Assembly: GCF_009914755.1 (NCBI RefSeq)
Contig: NC_060925.1
Direction: 5' to 3' (one strand)
DNA length: 64,000 nucleotides
Source: the human T2T-CHM13v2.0 reference genome, Homo sapiens
Part shown: positions 12,890 through 26,411 of the stretch, piece by piece
How the letters are laid out: the number at the start of each line of letters is the position of its first letter
Position numbering within the stretch: position 1 is the stretch's first letter
The notes under the pieces: model-generated
Database searches by the model: none
Seen by the model: only the letters and a program-made list of their open reading frames with translations
Told to the model about the DNA's origin: nothing
Position numbers and translations under genes: made by a program

Positions 12890-15660
12890 GTTTTTCTAAT
12901 TCCATGTTTCAGATGTTCTTATTAGTATATAGGATAGCTGATTTTTATGTATTGATCTATATGTTGCATCCCTGCTACACTCATTTATTAGGGCCAGTAG
13001 TTTTTTGGTGGGTTACTTGGTGTTTCCAATGTATGCAATCATGACATTTGGAAATACGGTTTAACTTCTTTTCCAATCTGGATGCCTTTCATTTTTTTCT
13101 CTCTCTCTCTCCTTCCCTTCCTTCCTTTCTTTTATGACCTAATTTCACTTTCAATAATAACAGTTCTTGTCTAAAAATCTTTTTTGTGTGACTGGATGTA
13201 GCTGTTTCACCTCTTACGGTTAATGTTTTCATCATGTGCATTTTTTGTGTTCTTTTACATTCAACCTATTTGTAGTTTTTAATCTATGATGTGTCTATTA
13301 TAGAGAGCATACAGTTAGATCATATTTTTTATCCTGACAACCTCTACATTTTGATAGAATGTTTAGAACATACATATTTTGTGTGATATAATTGGATTTG
13401 CATTTGCCATGTTGTTTTTTCATATGCCTGCTGTATTTTTTGTACCTGTATTCCTCCATTCTTGCTTTCTTTTGTGCAGAATAGTGTGCCATTTTGAAAC
13501 CTCTGTTGATTTCTTTACTATGTATTTTTTGAGTTATGCTCTTAATTCTTATGTACTCGGGGATTGCAATATGTGTTATTTTAATTCATCTAAAATCGTA
13601 ACTTCACAGTCTACTTCAGAATAATACTCATTTAATTCCAGTAAAAGATAGAAAACCTGCTCCAACATAGCTTCATTTCCTTTCCCTTCCTTCATACTCT
13701 TTTTTTGTGACATATACACCCATACATCATACATATATGTTCCAAACCCAATAAGATACTATTATAACTATTTAACTGTTTCTTTATACATTCTTATCTC
13801 TTTTAAAGACGTTAAGAAATAAAATTTTTACAGTCTTTTATGTTAATCCACACATTTTCAATTTCTGACATTTTTTATTTATTTCTTTGGAATTGAAGGA
13901 AGCTCCTTCAGAACTTTCTTTTGTATTTAACTGTGCTAGGAACAAATTCTCAGTCTTTGTTTATCTGCAAATGTCTATTTTGCCTTCATCTTTTGAAAGA
14001 TGGGATATGAGATTCTTGATTGAAAGGTTTTTTTTCTTTTGGTTCTTTGTCATCTCACTGCCTTCTGTCTTCTCTTTTGTCAGATGAAAAGTCAGCCATT
14101 AATCATATATCCATTTGATGGGATGTGTATTATTTTTCTCTTACTGCTTTAAATACTTCTATTTTTGTCTGACTGTCATGCAAACAATTTGACTGCAGTG
14201 TGTCTGGGTGTGGATCTCTTTGTATTTATCCTACTTCAGGTTTATTGTGCTACTTAGATGTGTAAACTAATATTTTTCATCAAATTGGAAGTTTGGGGCC
14301 ATTCATTATTTGTTTAAATGCATTTTTCTGACCGCTTCTTTCTCTCCTATTCTTCTGAGACTCCCATTACACGTATATTGATGTACTTGACGTTATTCCA
14401 CTGGTTTCTGAGGCTCTGTGCATTTTTTTGTCAATGATTTTTTTTTCTGTGTACTTCAGATTGAATAATTTCTGATAATCTATCACTGATTCTTCTTCAA
14501 TCTGCAATTGAACCTCTTTAGTATATTTATTATTTTAGTTATTGTATTCAAATACAGATTTTCCATTTGATTTATTTTTGTAATTTTTGCATCCTTTTTG
14601 ATAATTTCTATTGGTTGATTCATTGTTTCCATACTTTAATTTTTAAAGCATGCTTTCCTTTAGTTCTTTAAACATATTTATAATAGCCGCCTTGAAGCCT
14701 TTACCTGCTAAATGCCTTTGTCAAGGCACTCAGAGAGTTTCTCAAGACTATGTTTTCCCCACAGAATGGGTTACACTTTCCTGGGCTTTTACTGTCTGTG
14801 TCATAATTTTTTGTTAAAACTGGACATTTTAGATAATATAACAACCCTGAATTCTTTTATGTCTCTATTGAAGGTTATTGTTGCTGGGTTTTTTTATTTT
14901 TTCTTTGTTTAGTAAATTGTCTGAGCTGAGTCTGTGACATGTCTCTCCTTGATGGGTGGCCAATAACGTCATTGCTTAATGTTTTAAAAAAATTATTCTT
15001 ATTTTTATTTTAAGACTAGCTTTCTAGAGACTTTGCTATTCCTTCATAGCTTAGAGTTCAGGTAATGATGGTACAGAGATTGTGCTCAGACACTTTGAGG
15101 AGTAAGTTTTTAGTCCTCTACCAGCCAACCTGTCCGTGGATAAGGAAATGTATAAGAAGTTCAGGTCATTTTCAAGTCTACCAAGATTTACTTCCTGCTG
15201 GTTCCTAGGTGTCTTTCTTGTGCATGTGCAACTTCAGTCAAAAATATACTGAGTTAGAGCTGGTAGAGGATCACCAGGTGTGTGCTAGCAGATCTGTTGG
15301 ACCTCCCTGGGATGTGTCACTTTCATAGATGGTGCAGTGTGCATGGCATCTGCTCCAAATCAAGTGAGTTCCCTTTGACAAGGTGGCACAGCTACTGGTC
15401 TTCACAGCTAGCCCATGTCATGACATGGTAGAACCTCCACATTAGTCGAGCTGTGGGGAGATGGGAGTAGCCCAGGAAAGAACACCACAGATTTACTGTT
15501 CTTACCCAAATTGTGGCAGTTTTTAAGCATAAAAGTTTCTTATATTTTTGTATGCCTTTGGTTAATTTCCACAGCTCTGAAAGTGTTATTTTTGTCAATT
15601 TTATCCAGCTGGCTTTTTAAGGAGAAGATTTGCCAACCTTCTCACTTGGTCATGGGGGGA
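12890..15660 (-). mobile_element. Old L1 (L1M-type) fragments, antisense
   Basis: T-rich reverse L1 motifs (aacttcttttccaatctggatgccttt, tttgccttcatcttttgaaaga, gtgtctgggtgtggatctctttgtatttatcc). Boundaries approximate. Confidence 0.7.
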
Positions 15661-16939
15661 GGTGCATATAATTTATTTAAAAAATGCAGCGTATAAATAT
15701 TTTTATCTATCCTGAATTGATCCTTCAACATAAAAAAGTGTTATGTTATGGCTGTATCTTATCAGGTGCTCAGCTTCTAGAGTTATCTTTCAAAAATATT
15801 CTTTGATTTCTTTGTATTACCTATAAACTCCTTCAGAGCCAAATTATGTGTTAAGTGAGATGGACTTTTTGGTTACTGTATTTTTTGTGTTCCATTAGCT
15901 TCAACTATAGGTTTATCATCTGTAAAGATTAATAGGACTCTGAAGTACCTCCAGATCACCTGCTGTTAAGTCAGAGTCACATCTCACAAATACAGCTCTA
16001 GTTTCAGTTCCATATAACATTCCTTGGCCTCATATCCAAAGGTATATACCCTGACCTAGTTGTTTAATTACACCATATCTAATTCTATCATCAAGATTCT
16101 TCAACCAGAAAATATTGTATCTCCTATGGAAGTGGTGACTCACCTGCAGTCAGCAAAGGAAAGCCCTCTGTATTTAAATATATCTACAGCACATCCATCC
16201 AGACAGGATCACAGTATTATTGCCTTCCAGCACTTTTGCTCCTGCTAGTACATTCCCAGAGGAGCTCATGTGAGGCTACCAGCTTCTAAAATGGCCCTTA
16301 AGCCAAAGTCGTGGAGTATGGGGTATTCATGACTCCATTCTCTCTGTGTGTGTGTGTGATTTTTTTAGAGCAGGCTCACTGTCACATTTAGGTTTTTTTT
16401 TTTTTTAAATCAATCACAAATGTTACCACAAATGGACAGGGCAATAAAAAGAAAACAACTGGGAGGCAGGCTGATATGACCTTGTGGAAGGCAGTCTGGT
16501 ATGAGTTTTAGGCTAAGCAGATAGGTCTTTTAATAGTTTCTGGCTTAGGGCATGTCACTCAGTTTTCTGATTCACTGGTTACTCATTTCTAAAGTGGGGA
16601 TAATAATACTTATTTCATGATGAGAATTAGGACCTAGCACAAAGAGGACCCTTAAAAAAGTGATATAGCTATTATTACTTGTATAATTGTCTCTACATTT
16701 TTTTATATTCTTGAAACTGCATAGAAATTTCATGCTAGTACAATTCCTGGCAAGAATTCCAAGGTGTTGAATGTCTCAGTCTGAGTCTGCTTGGAGTTTC
16801 TAGATTTTATTATACTTCATTGTTTTTTAAATAACAGATTTCTTAACTTGGAGCCCAACTTCCCAGAACATGATTCCGATATACTTCTGTGACTAGAATT
16901 TATGTGTTTTAAACACAACTTAGGAAAGTGGGCCAAGGA

Positions 16940-17487
16940 TGTTGGTAGAGGATCACTAGGTTCGATGTCATTGAGTGATAACAGACCAGTACACAGAAAT
17001 AGTGGGCTTTGGAGCAGAGAAAGAGTTTAATAATTGAATGGCAACCAAATGAGGAGGTGGGAGGGAACCTCAAATCCTCTTCCCAGAGGGATACTGGACT
17101 AGGATTTTTAAGGGGATTTTGGTACATAGAGGGCTGAGGAGCTTAGGGCTGCTGATTAGTTAGGGCAGTGGGGATGAAGTCATAAATTGTATTCTTATGT
17201 TGAATAAGTTCTTTAGAGGGGATCTTCAGACTGGCTGGTGTCAGTGGAATACAGGATCTGAAAATATCTCAACATGAGAAACATGAGGCTTCTTAATGTT
17301 AAGGATGTTATCTACAGAAATAAGGACCTTGTAACAGGGGCTATGTGATTTTTAAGCAGTAAGTACCTATAAGGAAGTGGACTATAGGGCAGGCTGGTTA
17401 ATGCTTAGCTATGCTTCTACTCAAAGTGTATGCTTTTATTGAAAAACCTAGCAATTTAATTTTATTAATTTTATAAGAACAGTTTCA
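16940..17487 (-). mobile_element. ERV1-class solo LTR (LTR26-like, tentative)
   Basis: On the minus strand begins tgaaactgttcttataaaattaataaaa, has an attaaa signal, and ends ...ccaaca. Confidence 0.6.
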
Positions 17488-18240
17488 ATGTTACTGAGTT
17501 GATTTCAGCTTGATTTGTTCAAACTGATACTGAGTAATTAATTTAGCTCTTGCCATTTCAAATTAATTTAGATGAAATTAATCCAGCTCATTTTCAGAGA
17601 ATGAGACACCTGCAAACAGTGAGATGGTTGGTATTTGTATGGTTATGCCTGAACGAATCTGCACTATATTACATAATTAATTGAATTTGAAGACATCATC
17701 TTATCACCTACACAACTTTAATTGTGGAAGCCATACTTACTGTCTTCGCTTTTCTCTTCTCCTTTTGACTTTTGTGAAACTCTAGACAAGTCGGAATCTG
17801 TTGGTTGCCCTCATCTATGTGTTTGTGTGAATTATTTTTCCTTCTTCAAGGAGGGCATGAGACAAGGAACTATGGCTGTTGTGGCAAAGGTCATATTCCA
17901 GACAATTAAGTTGACCTGGTTACTGTAAAAGATATTTTTTGTCCCAGATACTATATCAGGCAAGAAACCTATGAATGGATTCTACAAAATATCCCTGTCA
18001 CAGAACTCCCTAGAGACAACACTGTTGCTCATCAGAAATGTTCACTGAAGGCTTTATCAAGTGTGTTCAATCTGTGGTCTACTGAGATCCTGCAGACGGC
18101 AAAGCTGAGATATTACTGCAAATAACAAGTATTTGTGACTAACAAATACTTAGCTCATACACTATTTTTGTCTTAGTTATTGCTGATCCTTGTTATCATG
18201 AATAGGCTAACATGTAGGATATTTCCTACATACGTAATAA

Positions 18241-18277
18241 ACACACACACGTGTGTGTGTGTGTGTGTGTGTGTGTG
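18241..18277. repeat. (AC)5-(GT)n microsatellite
   Basis: acacacacacgtgtgtgtgtgtg... read directly. Confidence 0.95.
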
Positions 18278-20841
18278 GTGTTAATTTTTTTTAAAAAAAA
18301 AAAACCTTTTTTGAGGAAAGAGTGAAAATGTGCTCCAAAGTAATTCGTGGCTAGAGGAACTGCAACAGTGTTTCAAATATTTCCATTTATATGTTTGTTC
18401 TGTGGTGTGTTATTCGTCCATTTATTCATACATTTATTCAAACATCTCTAAACTCTGAATTTAGTAGTAAGACTCCATAACTCTTCAAATAGTAGATTTC
18501 TCAACCTAGAGCTCCACTTTTCAAAACATAATTCTGACATACTTGTTCGGGATACTTGTTTTCCAGAGAGTTGGTATGTGGAGCTTTTATTGAGATTGTG
18601 ATTTTTTTTATCATGAATAAAAAGATAGAAACCAGTCTGCCTGAAGTGAGTTTGAATTAGCAATGTTGAGAGGCAGGAACCTACATCAGAGGAACCATTA
18701 GTTTGCATATATGACTTTCAAGATACATAGTATCTTGAGGCTCAATTCATAGCAGAAGTCTCTTTTCTGCTTTGTCTTTGAGTGGTTTGCTTGCAAAGTT
18801 CCAGGTAATTGTATGCACATCAACAATGGCTCCCTCTCAAGATATATGTGAGCTGATGTGATGTAAGCCAACATTAGAATTAGAGAGGTATGATGGAATG
18901 GTTCATCAAATGAGTGTACCTTCTAGTTTTGCACTGACACGTCTGAGTCATTTGAATTTTAAAATAATTGTAAAAATCAGATGAATTGGCCTATCTACTT
19001 AATATTAAAGGATGTTGTATTATGAAAGATGCATGTCAAGGAGCAAAATGAACACCGAGCAAACCATATGGGACGCTACGAATTCACTAGGGATTTTCAT
19101 AATTAGCTGCTAAGTTGGCACAGCTGTGGCTCTTTGTAGCCGCAATGTACTGCTAATTACCACTCATTTAAACGTGCTGCTATATCCTCTCTCACCTGGA
19201 CCTTTCTATTGGCAAGAATGCCAAGGGAATGACTTGAGTGTTTCTGAAGATTCAAAGGATTTAAGACCGGGGAAAACCCAGAGACATCAGCTTCATTTGT
19301 TAGGATCACATTTAGCCTTGTCTTTCAAAAAGCTGACCTGAACGAATGAGTTGACACAGGAAAAATCTTTCCTTCTTGGAGGCAATAATGTTAACCTCTG
19401 GCGCAAAGTGGGATGAAGGGAAAAAGAACATGACAAGAAAAACTACCCAGAACTATGAACAGAGGTGTGAAGCTCTGGAAATAATATTTCCAAACTAGGA
19501 ACATGGTGTAATGTTATGATTGGGGTTTTGAAGCAATGTAAAGAGGAAAAAGTGAACTAAGATTTTTCTTAGATCTTGCCTGTTACTTCCTTTCTACAGT
19601 ATTTCCTACGAGTCAATGGGATACAACACCATGGTTTTTTTTGTCACTGGAGAATATATAAACATTTTAAAGGATATTATTCCCCATCTGGTAAGTGACA
19701 TTTTGCCTGGTTCATGTCTCTAGTTGGTAAATTAAAACAACAACCACCACTTTATCTTTCGGAGGACATAGAATTTGATATCTCCATCATTTGGGGAGAA
19801 GTCGACCCTCAACAGTTACAGTGCCTTCCTGAAGGCCACACAGCAGATGGGCGCCTAAGCAAAAACAAACCTGCCTCAACTTCAGACCATCTGCTCTGTT
19901 TTAAAGTATACTGTTTTCACATCTCTTGGTGGAAGAACAGCTTTTCTCTTAATTTATATCTCTCTGATTCTGAGCTCTCAATCTGATTTAGGGTTTTCTT
20001 AAATTAGGCAGATAAAATTATAACTTATTGGCATTGTCCAGGTTATCATGCATTGATTTTCTTCTTTCGATCTCTTTGAAGTCGGATAAGTATTTTTCCA
20101 CTTCATAGGCAGGGAAGCTCAGCCCGACTCCCCTGAGGTATCTTGGCTAGTTACCCATGAGATCTGAATTCCATGTTCCTGGTACGGGGATTTACTGCTG
20201 TCAAACTGTCAACATTAACTACATCATTCATTTGCAAAATACATTTTGAGATACCTGTGTTATGTCAAAGGTCACTTGGAGCCCAATTGAAAGGCAGTGT
20301 GAAAAGCATAATTAACTTGTTTGCTTTTGTGCTGGAAACCTAGTGTTAACAAAACAGCCCAACCAAAAGCAGATTTGTCATTAGGGCTCTAACTGCCTGT
20401 ATCCCTATAGTGTATGTGCATCTGTTTGATTTTCCAGAAATAGATGAAATCATAGTTTGAGGTTAGTTCATCAAACATCGAACATTTTCTTTGTGTAAGT
20501 CATTGTATTAGGGCTGCTGCTGGTGGTGGCGGTGGTCATGAGGTAGAGTGGGATCCAAGCTGAGTGACAGTGTTGCGTGGCAGAACACGTTGATTAATCT
20601 TCAGCAGGAATATGGTGTATCTAGATTCTGTGGCAGTCATGCCAATGAAGTAGAAATATCTTTGCTGGCAGACAGTGATCTCCAGGATATAACAGTAAAT
20701 TTAAAAATGGTAATTTATATAGCGTGAACCCATTAATGGAAAAAGCTAATCTATATATTTCTACATGCCATGAATGTTTCTACTGCTATGAATACATAGC
20801 ATATGTATACATGTAAATGCATAGAAAAAGGACTGCAAATA

Positions 20842-21156
20842 GGCCAGGCGTGGTGGCCTGTAATCCCAGCACTTTGGGAGGCCGAGGCAGGCGGATCATG
20901 AGGTCAGGAGATCGAGACCATCCTGGCTAACACGATGAAACCCCATCTCTACTAAAAATACAAAAATTTAGCCGGGCGTGGTGGCGGGTGCCTGTAGTCC
21001 CAGCTACTCAGGAGGCTGAGGCAGGAGAATGGCGTGAACGTGGGTGGAGGAGCTTGCAGTGAGCCGAGATTGTACCACTGCATTCCAGCCTGGGTAACAG
21101 GGCCAGACTCTGTCTCAAAAACAAAAACAAAACAAAACAAAAAATATATTAAAAAA
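20842..21156 (+). mobile_element. AluY-like
   Basis: accatcctggctaacac, gagaatggcgtgaac, gagcttgcagtg. TSD agaaaaaggactg(c/g)aaata. Small deletion near the 5' end. Confidence 0.95.
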
Positions 21157-23139
21157 AGAAAAAGGACTGGAAATATGCACACTATAAAGGGAAAGTGAGT
21201 ATAATTAAATTTGGAAAGAGAATTTTCAGTTTTCCAGTGTTGTTTGACGTCCCTACAAGGAGATGTTTTTATGTGTGATTTTATGTGTGATTTAAAAATA
21301 TGAAATAGTGTGCATAGGTGGGGACCTTCACGCCGAGGGAGAAAAAAATATAAGCAAAGGCATCAGGATGTGAAATGGAGTAGTTTATTAGTATGCAGTT
21401 TTTACACATAATAATGAGAAGGATGGTGGCTTAATGTGGCTTATATAGTCCTAAATTATTGGTTGTTATTCAGTTAAGGTAATGACATGTTTCAGTAGGT
21501 TTTTAAGTGAGTTAGGCAGATACAACTCTGGAAGCCAAGTAGTTGATGGATACTTTGGTTGGAAACCTAATTGATTTTTACATAGCCTCTCCAGAGCCAG
21601 CAAAGCCAGATGCTGCTTTGTGGTTATTCTTGAGATTTTTTTCCCCCTCTAAGACTATACAGTGTTTGCCAGGCAGGGGAGGATGGTGACCAGTTTGTAT
21701 TTAAAAAAAAAAAGAAACAAGAAAAGGCACACAGCCATGCTGCTGGCTTAAAGTCTGTTACCTTTCCCAAAGTATATATATTCTGATAAAATCGGTGTTG
21801 TCTCCATATGAAAAGTATTATTACCCTCCTGCAAGCTTGCTTTAGGCACTATTCTGGGTAGAATAGACAGACACAGATGTTTAGACAGACTGAATCTCTT
21901 TCTCTGATTTAATTTTGCATTACAGGTAAACGCCATATGTAATGTGTAAGAGGCGGGTAGGTAAACATGCTCAACTGCAGTTTTTGGTTTTGTGTTCCGA
22001 TGTGATCTGAGTATTTCGAAGCACTTATAATGCAGAGCGTACTATATGAAAGTTCTCATGATTTGGGAGCACACTCATAGTAAGGGCAAGGAACGTTCTT
22101 TCACATTGAAGTTCTAAAAATTAACTGTCTCAGTAATAAGACTTAAGCAAAAACAAAGTAAGACTAAGGAAAAGATGATAATTTTCAAATGCTTGCAAAT
22201 GGGAGCCTCTACTCCCCATGTTTGTAAAATGTTTTACCTTATCTTCCATTCCTGGCATTAGGAGTCATTTTGGTTCGGGGCCATTTATTGAAGCTGATCT
22301 TTAATGAATGAATGAGACCCTTTATTTTCCAGTGATGCTGCTTTATTTTTGGGAAGTGGGAACAAAGGCCTGACATGCTACCATGGGTATAACTGTACAA
22401 ATTTCAATGTTATTTGAAGAAATAGACATCTAAATGAAGAAATACTTTTAGTTGTTGACTTTAAAAGGTACAAATTATGCTGATGATTCTGTTTAAAATA
22501 ACTAGATCATTTTTCTTTAGAGCAAAACAGACAACACTACAAATCTCTGATGTGTATTAAGTTTTCCTGAAAGGTAAACACTATTTTTTTTTTTAACTGT
22601 CTCAGCTTTTCTATTACATTTGTGTGTGTAGGGGGAGCTGGGTACAAAGAGAAAGCATGGTGAAGATGACTCAGAACAAAATGGGTGGCGTTTGTAAGAC
22701 ACAGGGAATTGCCTTTGAAGATTGTTGGCGTGTTTATTTATGCTAACTCCCACGATCTGAAAAAATAGCTGTAGCAGGCTCATTACTCTGTGGAAAAATA
22801 AAATTCATTTGACAGGATTAATTCATTTGAAACCCATGTGGTTTTCAAGGATCTTTAAAATAACATGAGATATTACAGCAATCCTTACTTTAACATTTTG
22901 ATCTAAGCAAAGGCATGAAACAATTTAAATACACCCAGAATATGAAGTTTTAAATGTTACCGGAAAGTGTCTTTTCTTGACAATACTGGAACATTTTGGA
23001 TGTTATGAACAGGTGCAAAATTATAGATTTGTGTTTTCAAACACTATTTGTGCGAAGTAGAATCCATGCAAGAACCGATTTTAAGAAACAAGTGGTGCTT
23101 CATCATTTCCAGAAATGGAGAGGAATTACAATATGCAAA

Positions 23140-23372
23140 ACTAATGATAATAGCTCACTTATTTTAAGTTCTTTTTATATTCTTGACACTGTGATAAGCT
23201 CTCTACATATATTATTTCATTTATTCATAACAACCCTATGAGAAGGGTATAATTATTATCCAATTTTTTTTAGGGAAGGAAACCAAAGATTATAAAAGTT
23301 AACAGCTAATAAGTAATGAGGCCAGTATTTTTGCTTAGGTGGTCTGTGTATAGAATCCATGCTCTTAACTAT
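23140..23372 (-). mobile_element. MIR
   Basis: atttattcataacaaccctatgagaagggtataattattatcc ... catgctcttaacta. Confidence 0.7.
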
Positions 23373-24600
23373 TAGGATATGCTGATTCTAAAGCAATTAA
23401 TAAATGTTGGTCTGAAATCAGTCTAATGGCACGCTGGAAACAGCTCTTAGACACTGCCAAGGGTTGATTGTTAGATATTTTGGATTTTTGTAAGCCAATT
23501 TGTAAACTTTGATACTTTGAAATCAGCAGTGATTGGAGTATTTACACCACAGAAATGGGCAAATGCTACAAATCAAGGCATTTTTTTTCAAGTCAGTTCA
23601 CCAGCACACCATTTGATAACATAGCGCCCTTTCAGCAGTGCCAAAGTATAAGCCCTCACATTTTAAATGGATATAAATGAAATAAACACTTACATTAACA
23701 GTTTTTTTTACATTAGCATTTGTCTTGATCTCAAGAGGACAGACTATAATTAGTATGGTTAGAACTTTAAAAATGAAATTTAAGAGTATGTATTCCTAAA
23801 TTCCAGAGTAGAAGAGAGTCCTTTTCCTAGCCTTTGAACTTTTATATGAGGATTTTAGAAAGAAAGCCCTTGTCTGGCCAACTGCAGACTTTAAATGCAG
23901 TTAGCTGTGCCAGATTTGAGAGGACTCTTTGCTGGCTGAAATTGTCTGAGCAGGAATGGAAAGTGATTGGGTTGGGTAAACAGGAGCCCATGATAGGAGG
24001 ATGGCAGAAGCCAGAGAAGGAAATTTTATTTTAAAAAAAAAAACAAAACAGAACAAAACATGGGAACCAGTGGGGTTTGTGTGGTCTGAGTAAGCTTTGT
24101 GGCCTTATTGTGGGCATCATTTATCCATAAAATAATTTTAGCTTTAATTTGAGAACTCTAGTACTTGATTTTTCCTTGTAACCATAAAGCATCATTTTAT
24201 GCTGTGATGAAAAATCATTCCAATGGTAGAGGTTCAATTTAATAAAAACTTAAAACAGTGTAAATTGTAATGTGGATGCATTGCATCAGCTTATCAAATT
24301 TATCCTCCCAGTGTTCTTTTTATGAAGAAAGCGTAACTTGCTTACATGTTGTGTTTAATGTATTTGTAATGTTCTTCTGATATGAAGATCCTCCATTGAA
24401 CATTTGCTTGTACCTGGTTGGACTGCATACTGGATCCTGCTTGTCTAAGCGAAAGCATACATGATTAATAACTTACGGTTCTAACTCACCAATCAGTTCT
24501 TTTTCATTATTTATTATGATTTATTGGAAAACATTTCCATAAACTGAAAGAAAAGAAAGAAATGCATTCACAATTTAATCATCCAAACTGAATTTTCTTC

Positions 24601-24765
24601 CTTTTTTTCAATTTTATTTTTATTTTTTGAGAACAGGGTCTTGCTCTGTCACTCAGGTTTTCATACAGTGGTGTGACCATGGCTTACTGCAGCCTCAAAC
24701 TCTTGGGCCCAAGCATTCCTCCTGCCTCAGCCCTCTGAATAGTTGGGACTACAGCCATGTGCCTT
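24601..24765 (-). mobile_element. Truncated AluJ/FRAM-like monomer
   Basis: gagaacagggtcttgctctgtcactcagg ... gttgggactacag; right arm only. Confidence 0.8.
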
Positions 24766-24788
24766 TTTTTATATTTAAAAAAAATTAA

Positions 24789-25103
<315 letters not shown>

Positions 25104-25811
25104 TTAATATATGGGAAGGACAAGTACTGCTCTCCTATGTGCATATATTGTGTAGTGGTAAGTCTGGGCTTCTAGTGCACCCATCACCTGAATCGTGAAC
25201 AGCCAGTCAATTCTTATCCTGGTTCCTTCACCTCCTGAGTTGTGATTTTGAGAATCTGTGGTGTATTGATTGAGATAGCGGTTTAAGAGAAAGAGAAAAA
25301 AAGAAAACAGATGGAGGATGAAAAAATAAAGCAATACAGATACACACAGAACAGGACCAAGTTAGAGGCAAAATATAGCATCCAACTTGAATAAAACAAA
25401 GTAATCGCTACTTTGTGGATAAGGAGAAACCTGTGTTTGGGAATATTTTATACTAATTCAGTTTTATATTTGCTTATCTTTAATATTAATTTGAGACAAC
25501 TATTATTTTTCTGTTCTTTAATTTTTTTATCAGCAAACTGAATGGTAAGTTAGAAATGAATGTATGAGAGTCAGAGAAATCTGGATTTTAATCCTTAGCG
25601 TGAAAATTTTATAACTCTGTGACTTTGGAAAAGGAATCTAACTTCTCTGTTTATCCTGTTCACACGAGTGATAGTAATAATCCTTACTATAGATGACCAC
25701 AGGAATTATAGATACAGCTCCCAGGGCAATGCGTATCAGAGTAAGCTGTGTCTCCTTACATTTTCAGAGCTGTTATTGTTGCTCAATAAATGGCAGCTGT
25801 TGTTATCTGTG

Positions 25812-26116
25812 TTTTTGTTGTTGTTGTTGTTTTTGAGACGGAGTCTCGCTCTGTCGCCAGGTCTGGAGGGCAGTGGTGTGATCTTGGCTAACTGCAACCT
25901 CTGCCTCCTGGGTTCAAACTATTCTCCAGCCTCAGCCTCCTGAGTAGCTGGGATTACAGGCTTGTGCCGCTGCGTCTGGCTAATTTTTGTATTTTTAGTA
26001 GAGATGGGGTTTCACTATGTTGGCCAGGCTGAACTCAAACTCCTGACCTCAGGTGATCCGCCCACCTCGGCCTCCCAGAGTGCTGGGATTACAGGCGTGA
26101 GCCACCGCACCCGGCC
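25812..26116 (-). mobile_element. AluS, 190 bp upstream of exon 3
   Basis: (ttg)n tail, gagacggagtctcgctctgtcgcc ... gagccaccgcacccggcc. Confidence 0.96.
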
Positions 26117-26306
26117 ACTATCTCTGGTTTTTTAAAATGTATTAAACATGAGGAGTAATGACAGTGTTTCTTGATGACTGGGGAACTTGCAGTAGAAAGT
26201 TGACAAATACTGTTTCTATGAAAGAAACTGGAGCCTCCTAAGGTAAGCTGGGTCTGGATGCTTGATGAAGATGATGCTGCTGACTGCTCTTCCTCTTTCT
26301 GTGCAG

Positions 26307-26411
26307 AATGTGCCCCCAGACCTCTCCATCTGCACCTTTGTGCTGGAGCAGTCCCTCTCTGTCCGGGCGCTGCAGGAGATGCTGGCTAACACCGTGGAGA
26401 AATCAGAAGGG
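26307..26411 (+). CDS. RYR2: RYR2 coding exon 3 (105 nt, phase 0-0), N-terminal domain, about residues 57-91
   Basis: Acceptor tcttcctctttctgtgcag|AAT with ctgac branch-like motif at 26280. Translates [35 protein letters not shown], recognised as RyR2 N-terminal sequence. Donor GGG|gcaagt (GC type). Joins in frame to the next two exons. Confidence 0.97.
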
